This document shows positions 49,619 to 61,232 of a stretch of 64,000 nucleotides of DNA, in pieces. Every line of letters begins with the position of its first letter. Within the stretch, counting starts at the first letter, position 1. The notes under the pieces are model-generated. The model was not told the DNA's origin. It saw only the letters and a program-made list of their open reading frames with translations, and searched no databases. The position numbers were made by a program, and so were the translations under genes. The stretch covers positions 864,001 through 928,000 of the forward strand of contig OZ241329.1 in NCBI GenBank assembly GCA_965199825.1, read 5' to 3'. Source of the DNA: Bdellovibrionales bacterium (GTDB lineage Bacteria > Bdellovibrionota > Bdellovibrionia > Bdellovibrionales > UBA1609).

Positions 49619-51150
49619 AACCTGTTTATACAGCCAAAGACTGGCAAGGCGACCTAGAACAGCCAGGTGAATTCCCTTTCACTCGCGGTGTACAGGCCAA
49701 CATGTACCGTGGCCAACTTTGGACAATGCGCCAATACGCTGGATTTGGTTCGGCCAAACAAACCAATGAGCGCTACCGCATGCTGCTTGAAAAGGGCACC
49801 ACCGGTTTAAGCGTGGCCTTCGATCTGCCCACCCAAATGGGTTATGACTCCGACCATGTCATGTCTTCTGGTGAGGTGGGTAAGGTGGGAGTTGCCATCT
49901 CTTCGATCGAAGATATGGAAATTTTGTTTGATCAATTGCCACTCGACAAAATTTCAACCTCAATGACCATCAACTCTACCGCAGCAATTCTTTTAAGCTT
50001 TTATATTGCGGTTGCCGAAAAGCGCGGCATCGCACGCACCAAACTCAAAGGCACCATCCAAAACGATTTACTCAAAGAATACATCGCCCGCGGCACTTAC
50101 ATTTACCCACCAAAGCCTTCGCTCAGATTGATCACCGACATCTTTGATTTTTGCACCCAACAAGTCCCTGAGTGGAATACCATTTCGATCTCTGGGTATC
50201 ATATTCGAGAGGCCGGCTCCACAGCGGTTCAAGAAGTGGCTTTCACCTTGGCGAATGCCATCACCTATGTGCAAGCGGCGATCGATCGTGGTCTTAATGT
50301 TAATGAGTTCGGCAAACGCTTGAGCTTTTTTTTCAATGTTCACAATAATTTTTTTGAAGAGGTCGCAAAATTTCGAGCAGCACGCCGGATGTGGGCCCAT
50401 ATTATGAAAGATCGTTTTAAAGCCACAGACCAAAAAGCGATGAAGCTGCGAGTTCACGCCCAAACCGCAGGCTCAACTTTGACCGCTCAGCAGCCCGAAA
50501 CAAATATTGTGCGGGTGAGCCTGCAAGCGCTTGCCGCAGTTCTAGGTGGGACTCAGAGTCTCCATACCAATTCGATGGATGAGGCTTTGGGTCTTCCCAC
50601 CACAAAAGCTGCAACCATTGCATTAAGAACCCAACAGGTTTTGGCTTTTGAAACAGGTGTTGTCGATGTGGTGGACCCCCTGGCGGGATCTTATTTTGTA
50701 GAGTCACTCACCGACCAAATCGAAAAGGAAGCGTATCAGTACATCGAGCGCATCGATTCGCTCGGCGGTGTGACTGCATGTATCGAATCTGGATTTATCC
50801 AAAATGAAATCCAATCGGCGGCCTACAAATTTCAACTCGATGTGGAGTCCAAAAAATCGGTGGTTGTTGGAGTCAATCAATTCGTTGAAGAAGAACTCAC
50901 CCCTCCCGAGGTATTAAGAATTTCAGAAAAGACATCCCAAGACCAAATTGACCGACTCAAAAAATTCAAATCTCAGCGTGATCAAAAAAAGGTCTTAAAC
51001 CACTTACAAATTATTTTATCGGCCTCGCATGGCACTCAAAATTTAATGCCGTTGCTTATCGATGCGGTCAAAGACGGCTGCACGTTAGGCGAAATTTCGG
51101 ATGTGTTACGCAAAAGTTTTGGAACTTACAAAGAGACCGTTAGTCTGTAG
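49615..51150 (+). CDS. Methylmalonyl-CoA mutase substrate-binding subunit (no B12-binding domain)
   Basis: [48 protein letters not shown]; ends without DxHxxG. Confidence 0.92.
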   Translation: MKPVYTAKDWQGDLEQPGEFPFTRGVQANMYRGQLWTMRQYAGFGSAKQTNERYRMLLEKGTTGLSVAFDLPTQMGYDSDHVMSSGEVGKVGVAISSIEDMEILFDQLPLDKISTSMTINSTAAILLSFYIAVAEKRGIARTKLKGTIQNDLLKEYIARGTYIYPPKPSLRLITDIFDFCTQQVPEWNTISISGYHIREAGSTAVQEVAFTLANAITYVQAAIDRGLNVNEFGKRLSFFFNVHNNFFEEVAKFRAARRMWAHIMKDRFKATDQKAMKLRVHAQTAGSTLTAQQPETNIVRVSLQALAAVLGGTQSLHTNSMDEALGLPTTKAATIALRTQQVLAFETGVVDVVDPLAGSYFVESLTDQIEKEAYQYIERIDSLGGVTACIESGFIQNEIQSAAYKFQLDVESKKSVVVGVNQFVEEELTPPEVLRISEKTSQDQIDRLKKFKSQRDQKKVLNHLQIILSASHGTQNLMPLLIDAVKDGCTLGEISDVLRKSFGTYKETVSL

Positions 51151-51829
51151 TCGGCGGCAAAATCGAATACATCTGGCGGACTTCGGTAAGCGCAGCCGTA
51201 CAGCTTGAACCCATATCAAAGGGCACATCCAAATACTTCGCGATGTCGACCAAGAGCCGAGCCAAGGTCTGCTCTTCAGAGTGAATGACTCGCACTTCAG
51301 GACTGCGAGTGGCAAATCTCCAAAATATTTGACGCATTTTGGATCCCATCACCGCGCTGCTTGTTAAATTTAAATTTTTTGCGGTGAGGTTTATATTGCT
51401 GGTTGTTGATAAAAGATGGGCATCCACAACACGATCCCAAAGACGTTTGGAATGCCAAAACAAACTGACTAATAAAATGGGATAAAACTTTTTAAGTTTC
51501 AACTTTTGATCAGGAGTGATCTGTTGATCTAAACCACTAAACAGTTTTTGTTCAACCGGTATTTCGATCTCATTCGCGATACGAATGGAATAAATTCTTA
51601 ATGCACTCTGATTAAAGATATCATGAAGAAGTGGAACTGCATCTTGGGGGATAAAATTTTGTGAGGCATCAATGTCATTGAGGTGTTGGCCTAGCCGCAT
51701 CACTGCATTTTCGAATGGCTTTACCAGACTCTGGCGGGGTGTATTTTCGGTCTGTAAGATTAAGTGTTTCATCCTCGAAGTCTCTTCGGCTCCGACTACA
51801 AAACAAAAAAATCCCAACAAATAAATCAT
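51140..51829 (-). CDS. Hypothetical secreted protein
   Basis: Short signal-like N-terminus; ATG overlaps the tatC stop. Confidence 0.65.
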   Translation of the reverse strand: MIYLLGFFCFVVGAEETSRMKHLILQTENTPRQSLVKPFENAVMRLGQHLNDIDASQNFIPQDAVPLLHDIFNQSALRIYSIRIANEIEIPVEQKLFSGLDQQITPDQKLKLKKFYPILLVSLFWHSKRLWDRVVDAHLLSTTSNINLTAKNLNLTSSAVMGSKMRQIFWRFATRSPEVRVIHSEEQTLARLLVDIAKYLDVPFDMGSSCTAALTEVRQMYSILPPTTD

Positions 51830-52563
51830 GTCACCTCGGATATTGTTTGTTTCTTACCCAAATACTTAACCACCCAAATGGAAATCTCGTAAAGAAAAAC
51901 TAAGGGAACAAGCATCATCAACATGCTGATCGCATCCGGGGGCGTTATAATTGCTGAAAGGACCGCCAAACCCACGATCGCATAGCGGCGATAGCGAATC
52001 AGCAATCGATGATCAATGATGCCCATGACGCCAAGTAAACACAAAATCAGCGGCATCTCAAAAGCGAGCCCAAATACCAAGGTGGTGGTGGTGAAAAAAG
52101 AAAGATAAGCCTCAATGGTGATCATCGGCTTGTCTGCGCTGGAGCCAAAGCTCATCAAAAATTTAAAAGCCATCGGAAAAACCAAAAAGTAGGCAAAGCT
52201 AATCCCGATCAAAAAGAGCACGCTACCAAACCCAATAAAGGCCAACGCATATCGACGTTCATGCTTAAACAATCCCGGTGCGATAAATTTCCAAATTTGA
52301 AAAATCCATATCGGGCAAGACAGTATCACCCCAGATAAAAACGAAACTTTGACGTAGGCCAAAAATTTATCCATGGGTGCGGTAAAAACCAAACCTCCCA
52401 CTGGCAAATATTTTTCGATGGGCTGGCGAATCACATCAAAAACTTTTTCGCAAAAAAACCAAGCGACTCCAAAGCCGGCAAACACCGCATAGGCCGAATA
52501 AATCAGTCGTGTTCTCAGTTCGGTTAAATGATCGATTAAGGATTGGGCTGCGGCTTCGGTCAT
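51826..52563 (-). CDS. tatC: Twin-arginine translocase TatC
   Basis: HLTELRTRL, QIWKFIAPGL..E, FEMP, ITPPD. Confidence 0.96.
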   Translation of the reverse strand: MTEAAAQSLIDHLTELRTRLIYSAYAVFAGFGVAWFFCEKVFDVIRQPIEKYLPVGGLVFTAPMDKFLAYVKVSFLSGVILSCPIWIFQIWKFIAPGLFKHERRYALAFIGFGSVLFLIGISFAYFLVFPMAFKFLMSFGSSADKPMITIEAYLSFFTTTTLVFGLAFEMPLILCLLGVMGIIDHRLLIRYRRYAIVGLAVLSAIITPPDAISMLMMLVPLVFLYEISIWVVKYLGKKQTISEVT

Positions 52564-52823
52564 GTGGCAGGATCCACCGGTTTTTTATCTTCTGTTTTTT
52601 TGGTTTCAAGCAAACTCTTGGCAATTGAATCGCGAGTTTCTTTTAAAACATTTTTTGTTTGATCGTGAAGATCCATAACGGATCCGAGATCACCCGTCGC
52701 TCTTTTGAGCTCGTTGATAAAGCGCGCGATTCCACGCGCAACTTCGGGCAATTGTTTTGGTCCAATAAAAATAAGTGCGATTGCACCAAGCAGCAGGAGT
52801 TCAGAAAATCCGATATCAAACAT
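52560..52823 (-). CDS. tatB: Twin-arginine translocase TatB/TatA family
   Basis: MFDIGFSELL....ALIFIGPKQLP. Confidence 0.9.
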   Translation of the reverse strand: MFDIGFSELLLLGAIALIFIGPKQLPEVARGIARFINELKRATGDLGSVMDLHDQTKNVLKETRDSIAKSLLETKKTEDKKPVDPAT

Positions 52824-52856
52824 GATAAAGGAAATAGCTGAGATTAAAGCTAAACT

Positions 52857-53432
52857 CTACTGCTTTTGTTGCTTGGTGGTGGTTTGGCCAACTTGAAGCA
52901 GACCTTTTTTGATCAGCTGTTCCTCGGCCAAACGCGAACCTGTTACCATATAGCGATCATAGAGCCGCAAAAGGTCGGCATCGGTCTGGATCAGAGACTG
53001 CTGGGAAATGTAGGTGAGCACATCGACAAAATCCATAAAGCGTTCTGAAAATTCTTGATACACCGGCGAATTGGCTTCATTCAGTCGGGCAAGATTTCCA
53101 TAAGCAGTGCCGCCCATCCCCACATAGTAATCAATATCGACCACTTTGCGGTTGAGCGAATCGCCAAAAAAACCGCTGATATAAAGACTCAAATCACCTA
53201 ATTTTTTTAACAGATCCATTCGGGCTTGGGTCTGTTCGGTGTTCACAGCCTGGAGGTAAAGTTCGGCTAGCATCGGGCGCTCGAAATTTTTGCTAAAAGC
53301 ATAATGCTCTAACAGCTTCACCAAGTAGGTGGCGGTCAAAGGCGAGGATTTAACCCGACGCTCTTCAAACGCATGAGCCACTTGCTCGCTAAAGAAATCG
53401 CCTATCGTCATCTGAAAGTCCGGCTTAGCCAT
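52857..53432 (-). CDS. Conserved-looking hypothetical protein
   Basis: LGDLSLYISGFF..SL.RK.VD.DYY..MG..AY motif; TGaTACAAT 6 nt before the ATG. Confidence 0.75.
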   Translation of the reverse strand: MAKPDFQMTIGDFFSEQVAHAFEERRVKSSPLTATYLVKLLEHYAFSKNFERPMLAELYLQAVNTEQTQARMDLLKKLGDLSLYISGFFGDSLNRKVVDIDYYVGMGGTAYGNLARLNEANSPVYQEFSERFMDFVDVLTYISQQSLIQTDADLLRLYDRYMVTGSRLAEEQLIKKGLLQVGQTTTKQQKQ

Positions 53433-53503
53433 ACTTCAATTGTATCAATTCGAATGACATCCTTCGACAAAATTTCTTACTCATCGACTCAAATTGAGTC
53501 GAT

Positions 53504-56086
53504 TTAAAATTCAAAGTCGGGCCCAACCACACTTATTATTTCAGGCTGCATAAAAATATTTTGTGCCGCCTTCAAGACCTCTGCCGAGGTCACACTTTCG
53601 ATGCGTTCGGCAAAATGCAGCGACTCATCATATGGCAACCCATAGATCTCATCAAACAAGACGCTTGAACATAAGGCGGAGTTTTTTTGATTGTCGATGT
53701 GCTGTCGTCCAATTAAAAATTGTTTAGCTCGGCTCAGTTCTAAATCTGTCAGTTGGGTCGAGGCTATTTTTTGAAATTCCTCGCGCAACATTTTGAGGGC
53801 CTTATTGGTTTTTTCTGGCGAGCAGCCAATGTACGCCCCGAAGTATCCGCAATCAGTTCCTTCCATTCTTAATGGTGAGACCGAATAAGCTAAAGAGGCT
53901 TTATCGCGCAATTCCAAAAACAAACGTCCTCCTTGGCCAGCAAGTACGGCTTGAACAATCTGAAGCGCATAGCGCTGCGGATCTGTCAGAGACAATCCTG
54001 AATGTCCAATGACGATGTGAGATTGCTCTTTTTCACTTTTTTCGAATCGAACTTTGGGGACCGTCACATTGTTAAATTTGGAGTTGTCTTGAAAACGCTC
54101 TCCACTCGGCAGTTGAGAGTAGATCTGAGATAAACGCTCAAGATGTTTTGTTTGATCAAAAAATCCACTGATCGATAGCACACAATTTTTTTGGTTTAGC
54201 TGCAGCTTTAAAAAATCTTTTAAATCTTGTGCATGATATTTTTCGGGCGTGCCCAAAGGATCAATGCTGTAAGGATGATCCTTAAAAAGCATTTTCATAA
54301 AATTGAGAATCGCCTTTTGCGAGGCATTGTCTTCACGCGTTCTCAAGGCCTCGGTCATCGATTGTTTTTCTCTTTCGATCACTTCGGGATCAAGTGCCGG
54401 TTCAAGCAACACCTCTTCTAAAAGATCAAGCATCGGATCGGCAAATGAGGGCATTGTGGTCAAGCTCAGTCCCACTGTATTGCGGCCCCCGAAGGCATTC
54501 AGGCTTGAAGCCATCCCTTCAACTTTGGAATAGAGTTTTTGTTCTGGTGTCTTCGTTGTGCCAGACACCCAAACTCGCGAGAGCAATTCGGTGAGACCCG
54601 CATTGTTAAAACCTTCAGCCCGAATTCCACCACGAAATCCACAACGCAAACTGATCACGGGCGCATCGTAGTTGGCGCGCGAAAGAATGGTAATTCCTCC
54701 TGGAAGCACCTTCCGATTGAGACCTGTTGAATCTAAAGCTGCGTTTGAAAATTTCGAAAGTTTTGGCATCTTTTGGGGTAAAGCCTTTGAACTTTTGATG
54801 GCCTTCCACTGTCGCTGATAATTTTTTAGCCATTCTTTTATAAGAGGTTCGTCAATTGCGGTTTGACTCATCAAAACCAAGCTCAATTTTTTTGGATCAA
54901 GATATTTTTTTATGATCTTGGTTAAGTCGCTCGAGGTCACTTGACCAACCGCTTTTAAAAATTGTTTTTGATAATTAGGATCATCAAAAAGCAAATTGTA
55001 AGTTCCCACTTTTCTGGCAAGTCCGTCCACTGTTTCAAGCGAATAAGCTTCTTCAGAAGCGATATTCACATGAGCTTTACCCAATTCTGTTTTGGTAGCT
55101 GGATTTTGGAGCATTCCAAAAATCTGCTCGGCGATACCATCGAGCACACTTTTTAAATTCTCAATTTTGATGGAGGCCGATACCGCAAAAAATCCTTGAT
55201 CTTGCGGAGTAAAGGTTGAGCAACCGACGTAATCCACCAGTGCATTCTCGAGTCGCAAGCGCTGATTTAAACGCGAGCTATCGCCTTGCCCCAAAATCAT
55301 CGAAAGCACATCAAGTGCTGGGATATCCTTGTGACGCACACCTGGTACGGGCCACGCGAGATAAAGAAGATTTTCTTGAAAAGTGGTTTGCTCTAAACCC
55401 AAGCGGGTGGATTTTTGGACGATCTCTTTTTTGCGAACAACTTTTTTGAGCGGATGAGAGACGAAGGGATCATAGTATTTTTGAATTTGATTTTTGAGAT
55501 CATCAAATTCAAAATCCCCCGCCACAACAAGGGTCATATTTTTGGGAACATAGCGCGACTGGTAGTAGTTGAGGATTTGCTTTTTTGAAACCTCACGAAT
55601 GATTTTTTCGTATCCAATCACCGGCTTGCCGTAAGGATGTTTTTTATAAACGGTTTCAAAAAGTTTTCGGCTCGCTTGACGATGAAGATTGTCATTGCCC
55701 CGTTTGATTTCTTCGATCACCACTTCGCGCTCATTGTCGATTTCGGTTTCATCAAATTTTGGAAACCCCATCATCTGCGACACTACATTGAGCCCCGTAG
55801 ACAAATAGTTTTTTGAAATGGTCACATAGAATACGGTTTGATCGAATGTGGTGTAGGCGTTGAGCTCTCCGCCCGAGCCTTCTACTGTCGAGGCAATCTG
55901 GCCTAAACCAAACTCGTCGGTGCCTTTAAAAACCAAATGTTCGATAAAATGGCTGATGCCCTGGACCTTTGGATCCTCATCGGCCGAGCCTGTTTTGACC
56001 CACATTTGCACTGAGACCACTGGGCTCTTATTACTTTGAACCGCAATGACCTTTAATCCGTTTTTCAATTGAAATTTCTTAAGCAT
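53504..56086 (-). CDS. M16 family zinc peptidase (fused two-half form)
   Basis: HFIEH inverted zincin, NAYT, RLF.ELRDK..LAY. Confidence 0.93.
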   Translation of the reverse strand: MLKKFQLKNGLKVIAVQSNKSPVVSVQMWVKTGSADEDPKVQGISHFIEHLVFKGTDEFGLGQIASTVEGSGGELNAYTTFDQTVFYVTISKNYLSTGLNVVSQMMGFPKFDETEIDNEREVVIEEIKRGNDNLHRQASRKLFETVYKKHPYGKPVIGYEKIIREVSKKQILNYYQSRYVPKNMTLVVAGDFEFDDLKNQIQKYYDPFVSHPLKKVVRKKEIVQKSTRLGLEQTTFQENLLYLAWPVPGVRHKDIPALDVLSMILGQGDSSRLNQRLRLENALVDYVGCSTFTPQDQGFFAVSASIKIENLKSVLDGIAEQIFGMLQNPATKTELGKAHVNIASEEAYSLETVDGLARKVGTYNLLFDDPNYQKQFLKAVGQVTSSDLTKIIKKYLDPKKLSLVLMSQTAIDEPLIKEWLKNYQRQWKAIKSSKALPQKMPKLSKFSNAALDSTGLNRKVLPGGITILSRANYDAPVISLRCGFRGGIRAEGFNNAGLTELLSRVWVSGTTKTPEQKLYSKVEGMASSLNAFGGRNTVGLSLTTMPSFADPMLDLLEEVLLEPALDPEVIEREKQSMTEALRTREDNASQKAILNFMKMLFKDHPYSIDPLGTPEKYHAQDLKDFLKLQLNQKNCVLSISGFFDQTKHLERLSQIYSQLPSGERFQDNSKFNNVTVPKVRFEKSEKEQSHIVIGHSGLSLTDPQRYALQIVQAVLAGQGGRLFLELRDKASLAYSVSPLRMEGTDCGYFGAYIGCSPEKTNKALKMLREEFQKIASTQLTDLELSRAKQFLIGRQHIDNQKNSALCSSVLFDEIYGLPYDESLHFAERIESVTSAEVLKAAQNIFMQPEIISVVGPDFEF

Positions 56087-56102
56087 ACTTTATGACCCTC
56101 TT

Positions 56103-57290
56103 ATGGCTCTTTCGATCTATGTTCATATTCCCTATTGTCTGCAACGTTGTCGCTACTGTGATTTTACCACTTTTGAATTTTCGCAGATTCTTCCCCCAGA
56201 ACAATATCTGACTCTTTTAAAAAAAGAGATCTCGAGCCGCCATACCGAAGTTCCAACTCAAACGGTTTCCACAATTTATTTTGGTGGCGGCACACCTTCG
56301 CTCGTTCCCTCTGAACATATCGTATCGGTGTTACAAGAATTATCCAATGTTGGATTTCAATTTGATGCTTCAACCGAAATTACCATCGAGATCAATCCCG
56401 CAACAATCGATGAAAAAAAACTCGACCACTATTTGGCCCACGGGGTAAATCGGTTTAGCGTAGGTGCCCAAACATTTAATGATGATCTTTTAAAAATGTG
56501 CGGCCGCAAACATTCAAGCGCTGACACTATTCACACGCTTCAATTATTAAAAAAACGACAAGTGAATTATTCTTTTGATCTTTTGTTTGCTTTACCCGGC
56601 CAAAGCTCGGCCCAGGTAGAGCAAGATGTGATCAAAGCCCTCGAATTCGATCCTCCTCATTTGAGTGCCTACTGCCTCACTGTTCCCGAGGGCCATCCCA
56701 TGGCAAAAGGTCGAGCTCTTGAAGACGAACAAATCAGAATGTTTGAGATCATCGAGAGCCGACTTTATGATGCAGGGATTTATAAATATGAAATTTCTAA
56801 TTTTGCAAAACCAAAGCTCGAGAGTCGACACAACCAATCCTATTGGTCCGATGCCGACTACTGGGGCATTGGATTGAGCAGTCACTCTTATTTTAATTCA
56901 CAACCCTATGGATTGCGTTTTTGGAACCCCAATGATTTTAAAACTTATCAGCAACAAATCGCAAATCCACTTTCACAATTGCCGCCGCAACAAAAAGAGC
57001 ACCTCCTCATGCACGAAGCGGCCACCGATTTTTGCCATATGTTTTTGCGCACCCGAAAAGGTTTATCGATTGAGCGTTTAAGAAAAAAATTTCCCATCAC
57101 GGACCTGATCGAGACTCGACTTGATCAGCTTCAAAAAAACGGGCTCCTCAACCGAACGATTGAGGGTTATACCCTATCCTCACGCGGTGAGCTTTTAAGT
57201 AACTGTGTGTTTGCCGAATTGACATTTTTGGCCCAAGATTTTGCGGCGGTTGACAGTTTTAAATTTGAATCCATATTGGAGAATCTATGA
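56103..57290 (+). CDS. hemW: Radical SAM heme chaperone HemW (HemN-like)
   Basis: YVHIPYC..RC.YCDF, YFGGGTPS, YEISNFA, HN..YW. Confidence 0.9.
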   Translation: MALSIYVHIPYCLQRCRYCDFTTFEFSQILPPEQYLTLLKKEISSRHTEVPTQTVSTIYFGGGTPSLVPSEHIVSVLQELSNVGFQFDASTEITIEINPATIDEKKLDHYLAHGVNRFSVGAQTFNDDLLKMCGRKHSSADTIHTLQLLKKRQVNYSFDLLFALPGQSSAQVEQDVIKALEFDPPHLSAYCLTVPEGHPMAKGRALEDEQIRMFEIIESRLYDAGIYKYEISNFAKPKLESRHNQSYWSDADYWGIGLSSHSYFNSQPYGLRFWNPNDFKTYQQQIANPLSQLPPQQKEHLLMHEAATDFCHMFLRTRKGLSIERLRKKFPITDLIETRLDQLQKNGLLNRTIEGYTLSSRGELLSNCVFAELTFLAQDFAAVDSFKFESILENL

Positions 57291-57811
57291 GTAAAAAAAA
57301 TGAATCCCACGAGGATGTTGAAATCGAAAGTATTGGTGACGAAAAACCCTCAGCCACCGAAGAGCTCGAAAAACAGCTTGAGGCTGCAAAAAAAGATCAT
57401 CTCTATTTAGCAGCTGAGTTTGATAATTTTAAGCGGCAATCCTTAAAAGAACGCTCGGAACTTTTGCGCTACGGCGGCGAACGCTTGGCTCGAGATCTTA
57501 TGGGAGTGATTGATAATTTCGAAAGAGCTTTATCGGTTGAGCCGACTCCTGAGAATGCGGCGTCTTTTCGTCAAGGAATTGAGATGACTGCAAATGAACT
57601 CAAAAACTGTTTGCAAAAATTTGGCATTGTTGAGGTCGAAAGTTTGGGTAAACCCTTTGATCCTTCGTTACACGAAGCCATTGGATCCGAAGAGACCACA
57701 GAGGTGGAGGCCGGCCATGTGGCCCATGTTTTTAAAAAAGGATTTAAAATGCATGATCGACTTATTCGCCCAGGACAAGTGATTGTGGCAAAAGCTCCAA
57801 AGGAGCAATAA
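57287..57811 (+). CDS. grpE: Nucleotide exchange factor GrpE
   Basis: AEFDNFKR, DNFERAL, FDP.LHEA, KG....RLIRP..V.V. Confidence 0.96.
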   Translation: MSKKNESHEDVEIESIGDEKPSATEELEKQLEAAKKDHLYLAAEFDNFKRQSLKERSELLRYGGERLARDLMGVIDNFERALSVEPTPENAASFRQGIEMTANELKNCLQKFGIVEVESLGKPFDPSLHEAIGSEETTEVEAGHVAHVFKKGFKMHDRLIRPGQVIVAKAPKEQ

Positions 57812-58774
57812 TTGGCTAAACAGGATTACTACGGCACCTTAGGGGTCGAACGCGGAGCTTCTGAAGCGGAGCTCAAAAAAGCTTACCGCAAACTTGCAAT
57901 GCGTTATCACCCCGATAAAAATCCAGGTAACAAATCCGCCGAAGAAAAATTTAAAGAGATTAGCGAAGCCTACGAAGTTCTTAAAGATCCTAAGCGCCGC
58001 CAAATGTATGATCAATTTGGTCACACCGCAAATGCGGGTGGCCCTCAGGGTGGCAATCCTTTTGAGGGTTTTGATTACGGCAGCGCCGGGTTTGGTGGAT
58101 ATCAACAACAATCCGGAAATGCCCAAGATATTTTTAGCGAATTTTTTGGCGATGTGTTTCGTCAAGGACCGCGCTCACGCGATTTTCGAAATCAAAAAGG
58201 GGCAGACCTTCGCTACACTCTCACGATCTCACTCGAAGAGGCCGCCACGGGTGCGGAGAAAACAATCAGTTTTTTACGCAAACGCAATGGGCGCGAAGAC
58301 CAATCAAAACTTGCGATCACGGTTCCCGCGGGGGTTCGTGATGGTCAGCGTTTAAAATTAAAAAACGAAGGCGATGCCAGCTCTGGAGGCCAGGGCGATT
58401 TGTATGTGATCATTCACTTCCAAGAACATATTTTATTTAAGCGCAAAGAAAACGAAGTCTACATGGACTTGCCGGTGATTTTTACCGAAGCGATTTTGGG
58501 GGCCACTCTTGAGATCCCCACCCTCACAGGTGTTGCGCAGTTGCGCATTCCTCCAGGCACACATCCGAACCAAGTCTTTCGACTTAAAGGTAAGGGATTT
58601 CCTGACATGAGTGGCTATGGACACGGCGATATGTTGATCAAAATTATTGTCGACATTCCATCGAACCTCACAGAGGATGAAAAAAGAATATTTCAATCGC
58701 TCAGTTCACTAAAATCTCCGTTGGTTTCGGAATTTAAAGATAAAGCGAATCGCATCATCAAAGGTCGAAAATGA
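57812..58774 (+). CDS. dnaJ: DnaJ-class chaperone without zinc finger (type II / CbpA-like)
   Basis: DYY..LGV, YHPDKN, G/F region, C-terminal domain; no CxxCxGxG repeats. Confidence 0.88.
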   Translation: MAKQDYYGTLGVERGASEAELKKAYRKLAMRYHPDKNPGNKSAEEKFKEISEAYEVLKDPKRRQMYDQFGHTANAGGPQGGNPFEGFDYGSAGFGGYQQQSGNAQDIFSEFFGDVFRQGPRSRDFRNQKGADLRYTLTISLEEAATGAEKTISFLRKRNGREDQSKLAITVPAGVRDGQRLKLKNEGDASSGGQGDLYVIIHFQEHILFKRKENEVYMDLPVIFTEAILGATLEIPTLTGVAQLRIPPGTHPNQVFRLKGKGFPDMSGYGHGDMLIKIIVDIPSNLTEDEKRIFQSLSSLKSPLVSEFKDKANRIIKGRK

Positions 58775-60708
58775 AAAAGCTTGGGTTGTTGATTTTTTTT
58801 GTGTTTCTTGGTTGTACAACGCCACAAAAAAAATCTCAGCCCGCAAAAGCCAGCCCCGACGCTCAACGCGAATTTCAGCGCATACAAATTGAACTCGCCT
58901 CGGGCTCGACCCGCAAAGCAATTCCTCGTCTTAACAAATTTATCAATCAGCACCCCGGAACAGATATCGCAGACGATGCCACTCTACTCTTAGCCAACGC
59001 CCAGTTTAACAATCGCAATTACGATGCAGCGTATTCGAGCTACATGTCTTTAGTGAACTCGAAAAATCTCAACGCCAACGAGGGTGAAGCCCTATTAGGT
59101 GCGGCTCGCTGTTTGACCAAAACCGGTCGTCCAGATGAGGCAATTAGCCTGACAGAAAAAAGCATTCGAATTCCAAATCTAAATTCCAAAACTTTGATCG
59201 AAAATTACCGACTGCGATTTCAGTTGTTTTCCGAAATGAATGATCGAGTGGATGCGCTCAAAGCCGCAGTCGTTTTGGCTGAACGCGAAACCGATTTATC
59301 TGTGAGAGACTCTTACCGCCTTCGCGCAATTGATCTCATCGAATCCCGATTAAATGAAAAAGAAGTCACCTCGATTGCAAACAGTGATTTTGGTTGGTTA
59401 AGAGCCTATGCCTATTTTCGTTTAGGTATGATCGCGGTAGATGAGCGCGATCACGCAAAAGCTCGGAGCGCCTTTGCACGAGTGATTGAGCTCCAGCCCA
59501 CCGGTGAGCTCAACGAACGTGCTCGTCAACGCATGGATCAGCTGGATGCCCGTCGCAAGGTCGAATCCTTTACCATCGGCGCCATTCTTCCGCTCTCGGG
59601 CAAATACGCCAATGTGGGTGCCCGCACATTAAAAGGTCTGCAACTTGGTCTTGGAATTTATGGCTCAGAGCGCTCGGAATTTAAACTCGCTCTGCAAGAC
59701 GAAGAAGGCACAGCAGACTCCTCCCGCCGCGCGGTTGAGCGGCTTGTCACCGAAGATCATGTGATGGCAATTGTCGGAAGTCTATTGAGTCGCACCGCTG
59801 TCAATGTGGCAAGCAAATCCGAAGAGTTGGGAGTGCCATCCATTGGTCTCTCGCAAAAAGCGGGACTGACCGAAATCGGTCCAACCGTTTTTCGTAATGC
59901 GGTGACAAGCCAAATGCAAATTCGTGCACTTGTGCGTGTGGCAATGGAAAATTTAGGTATTAAAAAGTTTGCGGTTCTTTATCCCAATGATGCCTATGGG
60001 GTTGAGTATACAAATTTACTTTGGGACGAAGTCTTATCGCGAGGTGGGCAAATTACCGCAGCCCAAATTTATGAGCCCAACGAAACCGATTTTTCTTCGC
60101 ACGTGGAGCGCTTAGCAAACAAATATTATTTTGAAGACCGCGAAGATGAGTACAAATATATTTTGCGAGACTGGGCAAAAAAACAAAAATCCCTTACCTC
60201 ACGCAAATCTATTCCTGAAGATCTGCTTCCCCCTATCGTAGAATTTCAGGCTTTATTTATTCCCGACGGCATTAAAGCGGTGGGACAGATTGCACCAATG
60301 CTCGCTTTCAAAGATGTTCGCGATGTCAAATTAATGGGAACCAATTTGTGGAACACCGATGCCCTCATTACCCGCGGCGAACGTCATGTGGAGAAGTCGA
60401 TTTTTATCGATAGCTTATTTGCTCAAGATAATGAGTTTCGTAATTCTAAATTTTTTCGTGATTTTCAAAAAGTATTTAACGAAGAGCCCGGTTTGTTTGA
60501 ACTCCTGGGTTACGACACTGGCTTAATTCTAAAACAGTTGATTCTTTCTGGGGAACGTTCGCGAGGGGCTTTGGCCGAAAAACTTGCCAACCTTAAAAAT
60601 TTTCCTGGCGGCGTGAGTTCACTCTCTATGAATGACCGCCGAGAGATCCAGCGCCCTCTTGTTGCGCTCACCGTCCAATCGGGCAAAATTGTCCAACTGA
60701 CTCGCTAA
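58771..60708 (+). CDS. LpoA/LppC-like penicillin-binding protein activator lipoprotein
   Basis: Lipobox FLGC, TPR region, IGAILPLSG, periplasmic-binding-fold C-terminus, GYD, G..F.G. Confidence 0.82.
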   Translation: MKKLGLLIFFVFLGCTTPQKKSQPAKASPDAQREFQRIQIELASGSTRKAIPRLNKFINQHPGTDIADDATLLLANAQFNNRNYDAAYSSYMSLVNSKNLNANEGEALLGAARCLTKTGRPDEAISLTEKSIRIPNLNSKTLIENYRLRFQLFSEMNDRVDALKAAVVLAERETDLSVRDSYRLRAIDLIESRLNEKEVTSIANSDFGWLRAYAYFRLGMIAVDERDHAKARSAFARVIELQPTGELNERARQRMDQLDARRKVESFTIGAILPLSGKYANVGARTLKGLQLGLGIYGSERSEFKLALQDEEGTADSSRRAVERLVTEDHVMAIVGSLLSRTAVNVASKSEELGVPSIGLSQKAGLTEIGPTVFRNAVTSQMQIRALVRVAMENLGIKKFAVLYPNDAYGVEYTNLLWDEVLSRGGQITAAQIYEPNETDFSSHVERLANKYYFEDREDEYKYILRDWAKKQKSLTSRKSIPEDLLPPIVEFQALFIPDGIKAVGQIAPMLAFKDVRDVKLMGTNLWNTDALITRGERHVEKSIFIDSLFAQDNEFRNSKFFRDFQKVFNEEPGLFELLGYDTGLILKQLILSGERSRGALAEKLANLKNFPGGVSSLSMNDRREIQRPLVALTVQSGKIVQLTR

Positions 60709-60746
60709 TTTGGTTGTTGGAATGGATCCTGCTACAAACCAAAGTT

Positions 60747-61145
60747 ATGAAATATCTAGTTTGTCTTAGTTTTATTTTTGTCGCCCACACAAGCTGGGCT
60801 CAATCCTCTCAGCTAAAAAGAGCGAAAGTGATTTGGGTCGACGGCAAGCCCCACTTTGATGTGGAATTTGAGGATGGTGAAGTTTTAACCTATCAAGCCC
60901 CTAGTAAATGGAGTCAGTGGGACATGAACCCCATCGCCCATTTTTTATCCTACTCCGTGGGTTGGACGGTGGCCTCAGGTCTTACCAAATTTTTTAAGGC
61001 TCCCGTGCTCTATCAATTTATTCGAACCGGCGGTGGGGCCTTGGTGATTTATATTGGATTTATTGATGCGATTCGTGTGGGGCGCTCCATTTATCAAAAA
61101 TTCGCAAAGCCCGCACCTCATGAACCCCTCCCTCAAGGGCAATAG
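60747..61145 (+). CDS. Secreted/membrane hypothetical protein, paralog family A (1)
   Basis: Signal peptide (SWA|Q), beta segment, P.I.HF motif, hydrophobic helices. Confidence 0.7.
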   Translation: MKYLVCLSFIFVAHTSWAQSSQLKRAKVIWVDGKPHFDVEFEDGEVLTYQAPSKWSQWDMNPIAHFLSYSVGWTVASGLTKFFKAPVLYQFIRTGGGALVIYIGFIDAIRVGRSIYQKFAKPAPHEPLPQGQ

Positions 61146-61232
61146 CTCGAAAACAGTTCAAAGTAGACTTTTCTTTTACAATTTAAAATCGCTGTTATTT
61201 TGTTTTTAATTAATTTCTGCTAAAAGAAATTT

